Below are positions 14,000 through 27,002 of a stretch of DNA of 53,021 bases, piece by piece. The stretch lies in assembly GCF_001194135.2 (NCBI RefSeq), contig NC_068985.1:108354048-108407068 (forward strand), given 5' to 3'. The DNA comes from Octopus bimaculoides. Taxonomy: Eukaryota. Positions within the stretch are counted from its first letter, which is position 1. Every line of letters begins with the position of its first letter. Position numbers and translations under genes: made by a program. Below the pieces are notes generated by a model. The model did not search any database and was not told the DNA's origin. It was given only the letters and a program-made list of their open reading frames with translations.

Positions 14000-15325
14000 C
14001 AATCACTCCAATGCATGCTCGAAAAGCTCTGACACAGGTCAGGCATTGGTGATCTGCTGGGATTGAAGGCGAGCAGTTGGCTCAGTTCGCGTTTTACTTT
14101 TTGTGCTATTGCAATTCCGTTCTCTTTGTAGACAATGGCACCTCTGTTGGTTCATCTTCACCAGGCTGTGAGGCTTTGAGTATTTCCTTGAAGCGCTTTT
14201 TCTGTCTACCTTACATGTTCTTACCTTCCACATATACACTGTAAAACAATCTGTTAAGGAGTTGTATGTCAGGCGTTTGAACAAGTTTGCCTGCCCACTT
14301 GACTTGCGTTCTCCTCAGCATCGTGACAGATCAGTTCAAGAGAAGATGTCCATATCTGGGACCTGTCTTTCCAGGTAATTTTCAACAGCTTTGGTCAAAC
14401 AGTTCATGTGGAAGCAGTTTAACTTTTTGCTGTGGCGTTCATAAACCGTCCAAGTCTCGCAGGCATACGGAAGAGAAAGGCAATAAAATTACACCATCAA
14501 TTCGGTAGCCGCCTAATGCCACTCACCCTCCACCCGAATGTTAAGCCTTTTTTGGGGCGATTCGTGTGCCGACTTCATCGTCAATGTTCATAGATCTGGA
14601 GAGTGAGTTGCTGAGACACGCGAACTTACCAACACTCGTCAGAGTTTCTTCTTCACAATGATAGCTGGTTCCACATGCGATTTCCGCGGGGCAGGTTGGT
14701 ACATAAACTCTGTCTTCTGAGTACTAATTGTGATGTCAAAGTTGTTGCAGGCAGTGAAAAATCAGGTCATTCTCTGTTGTATCTGCACCTTTGTGATGAC
14801 ATTGAGTGCGCAGTCGTCTACGAACGGGAAGTCGCACACTTCATCCACTATTGTCTCGACTTGTAGCCCCGCAGATTGAGGAGTCTGCCACCAGTCTTGA
14901 ATCTGAACTACTAGTTTTTCCGTCGTTGAAGAAGGTATCCAACAGCATCACTAATAACATCATGCTTAACAGTATAGGTGTGATCGCACAGCTCTGCTTG
15001 ACTCCGGTAGTGACTGGGAATGCGTCGGAAGAATCTTAAATGTCCAGTACTCGAGCGAGCAATACTATCATGGAACTGTCGCACTATGTCAAAAGCCTTG
15101 GTTAAGTCTACAAACGTCGTGTGCAGGTCACTGTTTTTTCCTGGCACAGCTTCTGAAGACGCACGGCAAAGATCATGTCGACTATACTACGGCTTTCTCT
15201 GATGCCACACTGACTCTCTGGCAGATTCCCGTCTCTCCTGAGCTGAGTGAGGCGGTTAAGGAGGACTCTTCCTCGGTGGTTATCACAGGACTGCCTGTTT
15301 CCTTTTCTCTTGAGTATATTCACAG
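14000..15325 (-). mobile_element. Decayed RTE-clade LINE
   Basis: KGNRQSCDNHRG; LPESQCGIRESRSIVDMIFA; FVDLTKAFD; VKQSCAI.PILL. Confidence 0.9.
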
Positions 15326-17247
15326 AATGATGATGGTGATGGTGGTGGTGGTGGTGGGTGGTGTTGGTGGTTGTGACGGAGGTTATAAAAACAATTTGTG
15401 AAACAATCTGTTGTGAGAAGAAAATCTGATCCTTTAAAAATATTTTGTTTTATCACAACAACAAACCATATTTCCTTGCAAAATATTGTTATTAATGTTG
15501 TGTTATAATACAATCTTGAGTAACTCGATCATACACCAAAGTTTGAGATCGTAGCAGAAATAAAATCAGTACATGTACCACACGTTAAATAGAACGAGAT
15601 GTGGTGTTCATGGCTGGAATTCCTTTTATCATCAATCTGTCAACAAGTGTGTTTAGACAACAAATGGTGTTATTGCAACAAGAAAAAATGGTGATCCTAA
15701 TTTAATTCGAGTTTAGTGGAACTTAAATAAAAAGAACAAATTATATGAAACTATAGTTCAGAAAACAAGGCGAATATATAAATAATTCTAAATATCGTGA
15801 GATATAAACTCTACATTTTCTGTTGAATAATTTTATCTCAATTACACTATGACGATAAAATAGCCAGAGAATTGTTTGGAAGAACGATTAGTGATATTCG
15901 CAGCCGGTACTTTTTTCAAGCACAACGCGTTTATTTTAGATCTACCGATGAAAAGGATAGTCCGAATATCAATGACGCCAGAGGTCTGTCCCACAACTGG
16001 CGCGAAAAGAATTCAGTCCGTCAGTGACGCACACTACGTCTTTTTTCAGTCTTTGATAGCACCCGGGTTTATGAGAATAACATGGAACTGGAGAATGTGT
16101 CACAATAGGTAGCGTTCAGATCAACAACTATTCCCTACCCTTTAAAACGGGTCGTCTTGACTGTATGCTTGCCATGACGGAAAAAGAATTGTCGTCGACG
16201 TTCCTTTTAATTACATCTTTCAGTGTGAAATGATGAAAGAGAAACGCCATGCACTGCATCGACAAGAAAGCGAGTGCAGTCCGAATTCCTTCGTAGTATA
16301 TCCATAGTAACATCTGTAATGTTTACACTAAGAAAACTAGGTGCAAAATAGCTTTAATGTGTGTGCACTTATCAACGAGCAGGGTGTCGGTCGACTAGGA
16401 TGTCCCATTGAACCAGGTGCTGCAGTTTAGCCTATAAGGTAGTGCTGAAGCAGTCGCTGCTCGAGTGATTGAAGTAAACGAAATATCTGTAATAAAGTAT
16501 ACAGACATTTTGTTTTTCGCAAGATTAACCGAACGTTTTAGTAAAAAGTATCAAAGAAAAAATATAATTTCGTCGGGTGAAACTTTAATGGTTATGCATT
16601 AATTATTAGATTGCATTAAATTTAGTAAACGTTTGTTTTTATATTTCAAATAGAAGAACAAAAGAGTGAAACATAAAGACTTTTAACACGATCTTTTGTA
16701 AATGTGTATTAGAATGATTTTTCTGAAATAATCAGTACAGTACGGGAAGAATAATAAATGACTTTAGGTTGCAAAATAAAAACACCCAAAGACGTAATCG
16801 TTCTCATTTATCCAAACTAATTAACCTTGAAAGCGCAGTTACATTACGCAAATATTCACGAAACAAGCATTTAGTTAAATATTGCTACGATGCACAGTTG
16901 TTGAGATAAAGCGCTTATTTTCTTGCTTGTTTGACAATGGATTCATAATCTAATATGGTTTATTCAACATTTAACTGCAAATGTTAGACTGAAAGGTCGA
17001 TATGTTTTATTATAACAGAATATTACTAGAGTTACAATATACGAGTTCGATTTCGGCCAATACTAACCAAAACTTTTCCAAACTCCACTAATTATCGAAA
17101 TAAAATCTGCGATAGAAATTAATATTGTAAAGTGATCGGAACTATGGTTTCAAATAGAAAGTCTATCTCTTCAGAAATTACTGTAAAATTAATAACACTA
17201 AATGACAGAAAGATTCCTTTGAAATGATTATTGTAAAATTGACTTAC

Positions 17248-17325
17248 TTGTCTAGGTTCTCCATTGGCTGTCATCCCCAAATAAAATACAGTTCCCAACA
17301 TTACAAACAACAATCGCGGGGCCAT
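17248..17325 (-). CDS. ITIH: Gene A (ITIH-like) coding exon 1, signal peptide
   Basis: ATG at 17325; MAPRLLFVMLGTVFYLGMTANGEPRQ has a hydrophobic core; donor CAA|gtaagt, phase 0, matching exon 2 across a ~9.5 kb intron. Linkage to exon 2 is inferred. Confidence 0.75.
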
Positions 17326-17936
17326 ATTGTTAGCGATTCTTTTAACTGCCTCTGTCTTCAGGTTACTTCAGTTTCAAATAATTCTTTAAAAGTTTTCAAA
17401 GCATTAAACAAATATCATAAGAGTAGACAGCTTGGTAACCAGTCAAACATTTAAAGAAAAGAAATGGTANNNNNNNNNNNNNNNNNNNNNNNNNNNNNNN
17501 NNNNNNNNNNNNNNNNNNNNNNNNNNNNNNNNNNNNNNNNNNNNNNNNNNNNNNNNNNNNNNNNNNNNNNNNNNNNNNNNNNNNNNNNNNNNNNNNNNNN
17601 NNNNNNNNNNNNNNNNNNNNNNNNNNNNNNNNNNNNNNNNNNNNNNNNNNNNNNNNNNNNNNNNNNNNNNNNNNNNNNNNNNNNNNNNNNNNNNNNNNNN
17701 NNNNNNNNNNNNNNNNNNNNNNNNNNNNNNNNNNNNNNNNNNNNNNNNNNNNNNNNNNNNNNNNNNNNNNNNNNNNNNNNNNNNNNNNNNNNNNNNNNNN
17801 NNNNNNNNNNNNNNNNNNNNNNNNNNNNNNNNNNNNNNNNNNNNNNNNNNNNNNNNNNNNNNNNNNNNNNNNNNNNNNNNNNNNNNNNNNNNNNNNNNNN
17901 NNNNNNNNNNNNNNNNNNNNNNNNNNNNNNNNNNNN

Positions 17937-17993
<57 letters not shown>

Positions 17994-18075
17994 CGTCCAC
18001 GCGCACGCACACATGTATATACAAGCACACTCACATAAATTTAGAATAACGCTGTTATTCTAAAATGTATTTCTA

Positions 18076-19345
18076 TACGAGGTAGTATCAAAAAGTTACA
18101 AGAATATTTATGTAGCTTGCCAACAGACGGCAACACACGGTTCCGTGCTCAGTAAGAGCTAAAGGTGAGCTTCACAAGGCAGTGTGTATCGAGTGACATC
18201 GCTGTATATACTTCACAAGTTGTGAAATTAACGTTTATATGATCACGCGTATGCTGTAGTCTGCAATTTTGTCATGGACAGAAACAAAGACCCAACGTGA
18301 AATTATGCATTAACCTTGAGAAGCCTGCTACAAAGACATTGAATATGCTTCGGCAAGTTTATGGCGACGAGGCAATGAGTCGTACGTAATGTTTCGAGTC
18401 GTACGGGCGCTTCAAAAGCGGAGGAACCTCCTTGGAAAAAGATGATCGTTCTGGAAGACCTGCCACGCGCCTCACCTCCGGACATGTGGAGAAAAATTCA
18501 TCGGCTTGTGCATGAGAATCGCTGGAGAACAATCAATGGCATTTCTGATGTTGTTGGTCTGTCGTATGGACCCGTATAGGTATGTTGTATGGGTCCCAAC
18601 GTCTGAGTTGAATATGCGATGTGTCTCTGCCAAGTTCGTACCCCGCTTACTGACCACTAAGTAGAAAGAACTGGGCGTTGAAGAATATCAAAATCTTTGC
18701 CAGCGTGCCGCTGATGACCTATCCTTCATGTCATGGCTCATCCCCGGCGACTTGAGCAGGGTGTATGGGTACGACTCTGAGACAAAACAACAATCATCAC
18801 AATGAAAGAGGCCTTCATCTCCACGGCCGAAGAAGCAAGACAGAGCTGTAGCTGTCACGAACATGCTCATCCTTTTTTTCTTCATCCACTATATTTTGCA
18901 TCGAAAATTCGTCCCTCAGAACCAGACCGTCAATCGGAAGTTCTATTAAGACGTTTCGAAGCGTCTGAGGGAGGACAGTCGGCGAAAACAACCGGATCTG
19001 TGAAGCGCGAAGAATTGGATTCTTCACGAAGACAATGCAATCTGCCATCAATCTCTCCTCACTCGTAAGTTTCTCGTTAAAAACAACGTGTTATTTCTTC
19101 CGCACCGGCCCTATTTGCCAGATTTAGCACCAGCGGACTTCCATCTCTTCTCTAAGATGAAAATGCAGCTCAAAATCGCCGTTTTAACACTGTTGTCGAG
19201 ATTCAGAGCGAAACGTAGAAGGTTCTCGACTCGCGTATGGAAAACGAATTCCAGGCTGGATTCCAAAATTGGCAAGAATGCTGGACTGGGGTATTCCTGC
19301 GCAAGGTGACTATTTCGAAGAAGATGATATTAATACTTAGGTAAA
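18076..19345 (+). mobile_element. Degenerate mariner transposon
   Basis: Starts TACGAGG...AAAAGTT; HTH region (LRQVYGDEAMS, DDRSGRP); HRPYLPDLAPADFHLF; AQGDYFE; right TIR not seen. Confidence 0.88.
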
Positions 19346-19349
19346 TAAG

Positions 19350-19380
<31 letters not shown>

Positions 19381-19784
19381 ACAGAAATAAGATGAAAAAC
19401 AGATTTATCTTACGAGACTAAAAAATATATTCAAATCGTCATGGCAAAAGTATTATACAACATTATACAAAATAAGATTCTTTTCCTCTAATAAAATGAT
19501 CGGTCTCACTGAAGCTTTTCAAATTTTGAGTGTTAGTTGCAATTCGAAATGAGAACTTTTGTTTGTTGGGGTTGGTATAATTGGTAACCAAGGTATTTTC
19601 CAGTAAAAGAGAAATAAATTTGTAATTTTCAATATGAGTTTATATTCAGTTCTAGATGTGAGATATGCAGGGATATTGTATCTGCAATATCCCTGCATAT
19701 CTCACGTCTGTTTTCCTTCCTCCATTTCACTCTCTATTTCATATGTTCTCTAGAATAACTATTGCTTAACCATTTTCTCGCACC

Positions 19785-19832
19785 GTCTCCGATGAAGGGA
19801 TGTATAAAATATCCCGGAAACAGCTGTAAGAC
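19785..19832 (+). ncRNA. Minimal type I hammerhead ribozyme motif in a Penelope-like repeat
   Basis: GTCT-CCGATGA-A-GGGAT(gtataaaat)ATCCC-G-GAAA-C-AGCT-G-TA-AGAC: stem I GTCT/AGAC, stem II GGGAT/ATCCC, palindromic AGCT loop III, GUA cleavage triplet; U4 replaced by C. Confidence 0.6.
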
Positions 19833-20563
19833 CCTTTCTTTATAAATGTTCTGAAATCTTTCACAGACTTTGATTTTTATCTCATTCTGTTAATATATAT
19901 GTATATATATAATGTTACAACGTTAGAGGGAGTAACGTATTTGTGCAGTGACGAAATAAATCCCTCATGACAAAATATAATCATATCCTGAACCAAAATC
20001 TAAACAAGCCATATATTTCAAGTATATATTATACATTTTTTTTTCAAAGTTACTGGTTTTAATACAATTAGTTATTTTCCTTATAATAAATTGTTTCACT
20101 TTCATATCAGTATGTTTTTAAATAAATTTACGAAACTAATGATTTTGGTTACGAAACTAATGATTTTAAATTTACGAAACTAATGAATTTGCTTAACAAC
20201 CATATTTAATGTCCGCTTGTTGATGAATACCTTATGATATCAGTATAGTACTGCTTTCTCTTTCATAAAGGTAATATTTAATTTCTCCTTAAGTTGGTAA
20301 GCTGGCAGCCTTTATGTTCTGAGTTTAAATTCCTCCCAGGTTGACTGCGCCTTTTATCCTTTCGGGGTCCGTAAAATACCAGTTGCTATTAGAGTGCGTC
20401 GAGCCGTCTGCAAAGCTAAGTGCTTTATAGATGCGAAACCATTGGTCACTCTATGACCTGCCATATACTTAACTCACTCTAAATACATTAGGGCTATAAC
20501 GTTTAGAGTGTGCTTTATGCTTCTTCGGATATATGATCTACTAAAGATATATAATAATAATTA

Positions 20564-20598
<35 letters not shown>

Positions 20599-21059
20599 AT
20601 AATAATAATAACAATAACATATTGTAATTGGTTAGAGTTCAGCATTAGATGTTCCAAATGCAATTGAACGATTAACCACATTATGTTGCAGAAACATTAG
20701 TTCTCTGAGCATGTGATAAATTGTTTGCCGATGATCCGTTATGGTTAAGCATTCATTTTGTCGTAGCGTAGATATTTACGTCACCACTTTTATAACGTGG
20801 TTATTATATGTGTGTCACCTTAGTGTCGTGCACTAATAGCAGTGTGATATATAATACCACGGAACGGGTAGCTACCAACTGTCTCTACTTGATATTTTCC
20901 CAAATACTCTGTCAACAACTGTATCCAATCCCAAATAACTCACAACGAACTATAACAGCTTCTCAACTATTTTCTGCGACTTCACGAACTTACAAATGAC
21001 ACCTTTCGACTTCCTGCGATTACCCGATCTTGCTCTCAATCAAACACGCTGCTACTTAT

Positions 21060-21258
21060 AGCGCAAGTTTTGAAGAGTGCAGTTCGATTTTAACAGTTAT
21101 TTTTTCAAAGCTAGAATGGAAATGACAAGGAAGCATATTCGCTATATTTTGCTTTCATGATTTCAATAAAGGCAACAACGTAACGAAAAATACCATGAAT
21201 ATCAATTCAGTATATGGGGATTAGACAATAAGCGTAAGCTAGTGTCAACGGTGTTTCC
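21060..21258 (+). mobile_element. Mariner 5' fragment, truncated by an R4/Dong LINE
   Basis: MEMTRKHIRYILL..DFNKGNN..NINSVYGD, a mariner N-terminal HTH. Confidence 0.7.
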
Positions 21259-21259
21259 C

Positions 21260-23480
21260 AGTGCATTAATGAGTAAAGTGTTAGGAAAAATGCCGAAGTG
21301 GAAGGGCCCAGGACCAGATTGAGTTCAAGGGTACTGGTTAAAGAAATTCAGTAGTTTTCATGGGAGGCTGAGAGAACAACTTCAAGGTTGCCTTAAAGGA
21401 AGAATAATACCAGATTGGATGACTAGCGGGAGGACAAAACTCATCATGAAAGATAAGAGCAAGTGTAATACAGCTAGCAACTATAGACCAATTATTTGCT
21501 TACCATTAGTGTGGAAGCTGTTAACAGGAATGTTTTCAGAAAGCATTTACGAGCACCTTGACAACTAGAATTTACTGCCAGAAGAACAGAAAGTTTGCAG
21601 GAAGAAGGAAGATTAGAGAAGCGTATGATCTACTACACATAGACCAAGCTGTTCTAAATGAAGTAAAAGAAAGAAAAATCTAACAATAGCATGGGATAGA
21701 TTATAGGAAAGCTTATGACATGATCCCAGACTCATGGATAAGTGAATCTTTGAGTATATTCAGTATAGCAGACAACATAAGAGAGTTAATTAGCTGTAGC
21801 ATGAAAGAATGGAAAATAGATCTCAGTTTAAGAGAGACAGAAGTTCCCGAAGAAACTCTGATTGTAACAGCGGAAATGAAGCTGAATCATTAAGGGAAAG
21901 AAAGCCTTTCGCTCCTCAGTGGTTCAGTAAAGATGCATTTTCTAGGGGGACTCGTTATCCCCTTTAATATTTGTCTTATGTTTTATCCCCCTCAGTATTA
22001 AGGAAAGCAAAGGCAGGGTATCAGTTCAGAAATAGTAAAGGAAAAATTAACCATTTGCTCTACATGGATGATCTGAAGCTTTTTAGTAAGAACGAAAAAG
22101 AAGATTCCTTAATACAGACTGTAAGACTCTTCAGCAAAGATATAGGCATGGAATTTGGCATAGATAAGTGAGAATAGGACAGTTAGTCAACAGTGAAGGT
22201 ATCCAATTACCAGATGGTCAGGCATCAAAATCATTGAAAGGAGGAGAGTATCTAGGAGTATTACAATTTGACAGGGTACTAACCACAGAAATGAAAACGA
22301 ACATTTAGAAAGAGTACATCAGAAGGGTGAGGAAGCTAATGATGTCAAAGCTAAATGTTCCGAATTTAGTGAAGGCTGTAAATACTTGGGTAGTATCATA
22401 ATTTAGATACCGAACAGCTTTTCTAAATTAGACAAAAACTTGCAAAGCTAGACAGGCGAACTAGGAAGGAATTCAATACGAACGGAGAATTCTACCCTAG
22501 GGCTGGAGTAGCAAGATTATACCTACCTAGAAAGGAAGGCAGAAGTAGGTTAATATCAGTAGAAGACTGCGTGGAGTTAGCTAGTGTAGATATAGTCTTT
22601 TATGTAGGTAATAATGAAGAAAGGTTTTTAAAAGCTGCTAGAGTCACAGCAAAACAGGGAATCCAAAAACCCAAATGATGTTAAAAACCAGAAAAAAGAA
22701 CAAAATATCTGACTGGCAGAAGAAGGTGTTGCATAGCAGATTCCCAAAGATAGTTGCATCAAATAGTAATAGTGAGACATGGTTATGGTTGCAGAAAGGA
22801 AAGCTGAAGGAGACAGAAAGTTTGTTAGAAGCTGCACAAGATCAAGCATTAAGGACTAATTGGATAAAAGTCAAGATGGGCAAAAACTAAGTAGATTGAA
22901 ATGTAGATAATCTAAATCAAGAAGAAAGCTTTACTCACATGGTAAGTGAATGTAGCATGCTGGCACAGAAAGAATACAAGAAAAGACGTGACAATCTAGG
23001 GAAAGTAACCCACTGGGAGCTATGTAGAAAGCTAGGATTTGACCATACTGATAAATGGTATGAATATGAACCTAGCTAAGTACTAGAAAGTATGAAATAA
23101 AAGATGTTGCGCGACTTCAAAATTCAGACTGACAGAGTAACAGAAGCTAGAAGGCCTGATTTGGTAGTAGTAGATAAAGAGGATAGAAAGGGCCAGATAA
23201 TTGACTTTACAGTCCCAAATGATGAAAACATTAATATGAGAAGTATAGAAACATATCAAAGTGCCAGGACCCAGCCATTGAATTACAGAGACTATGGAAA
23301 GTGTAGGTAAAATGTATCTCAATAGTTATAGGTGCATTTGGAACTGTCCTTAAAGACCTGAACAGATGGATAGAGGAAATAGTCATAATACCCAGTTAAG
23401 TACAGCTCCAGAAAACAGTGTTATTAGGGACAGCTAGGATAGTTAGGGTGGTTCTTGGCAGCTAAGGTTACTTGTAGCCC
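21260..23480 (+). mobile_element. Decayed R4/Dong-clade LINE (RT plus restriction-like endonuclease)
   Basis: KGPGPD..QGYWLKKF; NYRPIICL; IDYRKAYD; HLLYMDDLKLF; FSKDIGMEFGIDK; DFKIQTDRVTEARRPDLVVVDK..IIDFTVP. Confidence 0.93.
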
Positions 23481-23534
23481 GATGTAGGATTTTTTTCTTT
23501 CCCAACAGTCTAATCTGTTGAATGTGTGTGAAAA

Positions 23535-23567
<33 letters not shown>

Positions 23568-24049
23568 GAATAATAATAAGAAAACCCAGTGTTTATTGCA
23601 TTGAAAGAACTCTGGGGTGGTTTTAATGAAAGAATGGTGTTGGTTGTAGCGACACACATCTGCCTGTCTGGTAATGACATAGCTAAGTTGTGTCTAATAC
23701 ATCTAAGATCATATTGTAATATGATCTTAGATATATTTGTCATGACACCAAATCGCTGGTGGTTTTAATAACCTATTTAGTCGTAGTTCAATGACAGTTA
23801 GCAGTCCTTGTATTGAAATTGCCTAGTTGTTGTTGTAACTTCAAAAACTGTTCAAAATGCATGTTGATGTGTACTTTTATAAGTTTGGGTTCATACTCAG
23901 AGAGAGAGAGAGAGAGAGAGGGAGAGAAAAAGAGAGAGAGAGAGAGAGGAGAAGGAGAGGGAGGGAGAGTGCGAGAGAGAGAGAGGAGAAGGAGAGGGAG
24001 GGAGAGTGCGAGAGAGAGAGGAGAAGGAGAGGGAGGGAGAGTGTGAGAG

Positions 24050-25450
24050 AGAGTTGGAGATATGGTTTATTACTTTTGGACCTAGCTTGAAATCGTGCAC
24101 TGTATACAAGAAAGGTGATCCGTCAGAATCTGTTGTAAAATTTAGCGTTAGTGACCGTAAATATTGAGGGAGGTTAGCTTGAATTGGGCAACAAACTAGT
24201 GTTCTGCTGTTTATATGATAATGTGGTCGATAAACTGGAAGAATGTTATTTATAAAGCTATTTTCGATGGAGAGATATTACATGCAGGAGTATCTAATAG
24301 GATGATATGAATCTTTAAAAAATGTGAAGGTTCAGCTGGTTGCAGTTCGAGAGATGAGAAGACTTACAATGATATCTCCTGATTATTTGATGTCCTGAGG
24401 TAAAACGAAGCACATCTATGGTCAGTATAGTTGGAATAGAAATGAGAGAAATTCGGAGTAATTAATTCAATGTATCTGAAGATCCAGAAGGAAGAGCACG
24501 TTATGCGTAAGATCGATTTGCTATAGGTTTTCTTGATTAGATATTCAGATAGGCGTAGGTGTGGCTGTGTGGTAAGTAGCTTGCTTACCAACCACATGGT
24601 TTCTGGTTCAGTCCCACTGCGTGGCACCTTGGGCAAGTGTCTCCTACTATAGCCTCGGACCGACCAAAGCCTTGTGAGTGGATTTGGTAGACGGAAACTG
24701 AAAGAATCCCGTCGTATATATATATGCGCGTGTGTGTATGTGTGTGTATATGTTTGTGTGTCTGTTTGTCCCCCCAACATCGCTTGACAACCGATGCTGG
24801 TGTGTTTACGTCCCCGTAACTTAGCGGTTCGGCAAAAGAGACCGATAGAATAAGTATTAGGCTTCCAAAGAATAAGTCCTGGGGTCGATTTGCTCTGAAA
24901 CAAGTAAAAGAGTAAAGATTATACTCCCAAGAAATTGGCCACTGCAGTAAGACACAAACATTTTAGAACTTAATGTGTTAATAGGTTGGTAAGGTTGGCA
25001 CGTATACAGGTTGGCGATAAGTCTAACATTTTTGTCTCTGTCGTGTGAGAAGGAAAATTATCACACGAAGTGGCGTTCCATTTGTATGACTTTTAATAAA
25101 ACGAAGATATAAGCTGAAAGCAGAATGAGAAGTAATTGAACAATCGTTGATGAATGAAAGCGTTCAGTATGGAGAAGAGAAGCCGGATGTATATATTATG
25201 AGAAGGAAACTTATGGACTGCATTGAAAGTGAATAAACTCCTACATTTGGACAAACATTCAAAAGTAGGGATTAGGATAATGGATATAGAGTGAGATAAA
25301 TCGATCTCAGAAAACTGTAAATACGAAATACGTCTGATCTTAATCACAGTAGAAGCTGATGGGAGAATCGATGAAGTATCAATGTCAATGAATGTTTTTT
25401 ATGTCAGTCGTATAACGGTTTGCTAGTATATTAGCCTATGTTATATTGGT
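24050..25450 (+). mobile_element. Possible highly decayed CR1/L2-like LINE interrupted by a SINE
   Basis: YKKGDP at ~24105 and LKVNKLLHL at ~25225, in the expected order; very degenerate. Confidence 0.3.
24552..24895 (+). mobile_element. Cephalopod tRNA-derived SINE, type 1, near full length
   Basis: A-box TGGCTGTGTGG and B-box GGTTCAGTCCC; partial copies at ~2800-2920 (+), ~28750-28960 (+) and ~48110-48235 (-). Confidence 0.88.
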
Positions 25451-25650
25451 GCAACAGAAAAATACAATATTTGTGATGTAAGTGGTGACAAAGCTATTTC
25501 AGCTTTGTCGTGACAGAAAGAGATTATATACCGGAAGTTTATTGCTGTCAGTTTGGTTGAAAACATATTACATTAATTAAAAAACAACTCTAAATCGTGA
25601 CAATTCAGCAGACGAGCACCTGTTCAACAAATCAGATACCTTCTCACAAA

Positions 25651-25665
25651 TTACACTCTACTAAC
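25651..25665 (-). CDS. Gene B candidate terminal coding exon (VSRV*)
   Basis: Strong acceptor gttcttttttcag; phase 0 gives GTT AGT AGA GTG TAA; AATAAA on the minus strand at 25538-25543. Confidence 0.4.
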   Translation of the reverse strand, partial: VSRV

Positions 25666-25960
25666 CTGAAAAAAGAACATATTCAATAATATATTCATAG
25701 AGGTACGATATTTAAAGACAAGCTGGGATGATGAAGAATACCTTTGATAATAAAGGGCCCAATGAGTGATAACAACAACGAAGCAACAATAATAATTTCA
25801 AAATACATTTATTAGCTGGAAAACGTGAGTGACTAGTACATATTTTTCTGCTTCAAATTTGATTAGGAACAAACATTTGTTGAAAAATGTACACCGTCCT
25901 CCAAATCCGTGTAGCAATTTCCGTGTAACAAAATATGCTGCTTTTTAGATATGTACTCAC

Positions 25961-26042
25961 AATATTTAAGTACAGTAGTTCTATAATGATTTTATTAATC
26001 ATTGGAGGTAATATATCCATGTGAAACAATTTAATGTAATCT
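25961..26042 (-). CDS. Gene B candidate exon (82 nt)
   Basis: catatttag|A...ATT|gtgagt; only the phase-2 entry is open, matching the previous exon; DYIKLFHMDILPPMINKIIIELLYLNI. Confidence 0.45.
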
Positions 26043-26064
26043 CTAAATATGTAACCAATAGTAG

Positions 26065-26107
<43 letters not shown>

Positions 26108-26204
26108 GTTATCAAATTCAGATATATTTCTATATAAAACAATTTTAATAAGGTAGATTGTTATTTCGCATTAAATCAGTATCAAACTCGTTCTTGCCTC
26201 TCAC

Positions 26205-26334
26205 ATTGTAAAACAGGGGGATAAACTTCCACTTGATGTCTTGTAATTTACTTTATTAAAAGTAGCTTCTTTGTGAGACAATACCATCTGGTTCGGTGCT
26301 TTTTCAATACATTGGAAGACCTTTGTATAGTCAC
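26205..26334 (-). CDS. Gene B candidate exon (130 nt)
   Basis: gtttctattttag|GT...AT|gtgaga; phase 1-2; DYTKVFQCIEKAPNQMVLSHKEATFNKVNYKTSSGSLSPCFT, 42 open codons. Confidence 0.5.
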
Positions 26335-26537
26335 CTAAAATAGAAACGCATTAACAAATGATTAATGCATATTCATCAGACAGTGGATCTTCGTAAACGT
26401 TTTTTTTTAGATGAATTTAAGACAGAAAACAGACTAGTTGTTTATATATAAATGTTTAAATAAATGTATTAATAAATATATAAATAAAACGTATAAATAA
26501 AACGTATATATAAAAAATACCAAATACCCATTTCCTG

Positions 26538-26754
26538 TGCGAGGAGGTGCTAAAAAGTTTCTGGTTTGGGGTAAGAGAAATACGGGGAAGTTAATTATGA
26601 CTTTAATTAACATATTCCCCTCTCAAATTCATACACTTATTGCAGCGGCCCTTTAGTTTTCCTAAGCACTGTAAAAGAACTCGGAAGTTTAGGCCTCCAA
26701 AAATAACTTTTGCGATACCCTTAAAGCTAGGAACTTTTCAGGAAGCCCCTCGAA
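26538..26754. mobile_element. Mariner-derived MITE (~215 bp)
   Basis: Imperfect TIRs gcgaggaggtgctaaaaagttt and aacttttcaggaagcccctcg; internal minus-strand remnant of a transposase C-terminus. Confidence 0.75.
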
Positions 26755-27002
26755 TATTATTCAAAATTTGGTTACTTTGGTTTTAAATAAAAATATGTTT
26801 TATTCATTTGCTAAAAATATTTTGTAAAAATGGCTATAATTTCAAATGGAATTCGGTCTACAAGAATAATTATACAGGAGTTTATTGGATGAATAGTAGA
26901 AGTCGCAAATAGTCAGTAAATGAATATTCCATGGACAACAAAAAAGTAGTTGTGTGTTGCTCCGCACAACTGACGTTTCATATACCGATTGAATTAATAT
27001 AA

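Noticed and set aside
15870-16500. GC-richer block in gene A intron 1 with short ORFs on both strands
   Set aside because: No recognisable motif in any frame; probably an old repeat, left unannotated.
24368-24475. Open 108-nt phase 2-2 segment with cag/gtaagt (YIELITPNFSHFYSNY...)
   Set aside because: It lies beyond the predicted stop and polyA signal, inside a probable decayed LINE, with no compatible downstream exon. It cannot be fully excluded as an alternative exon.
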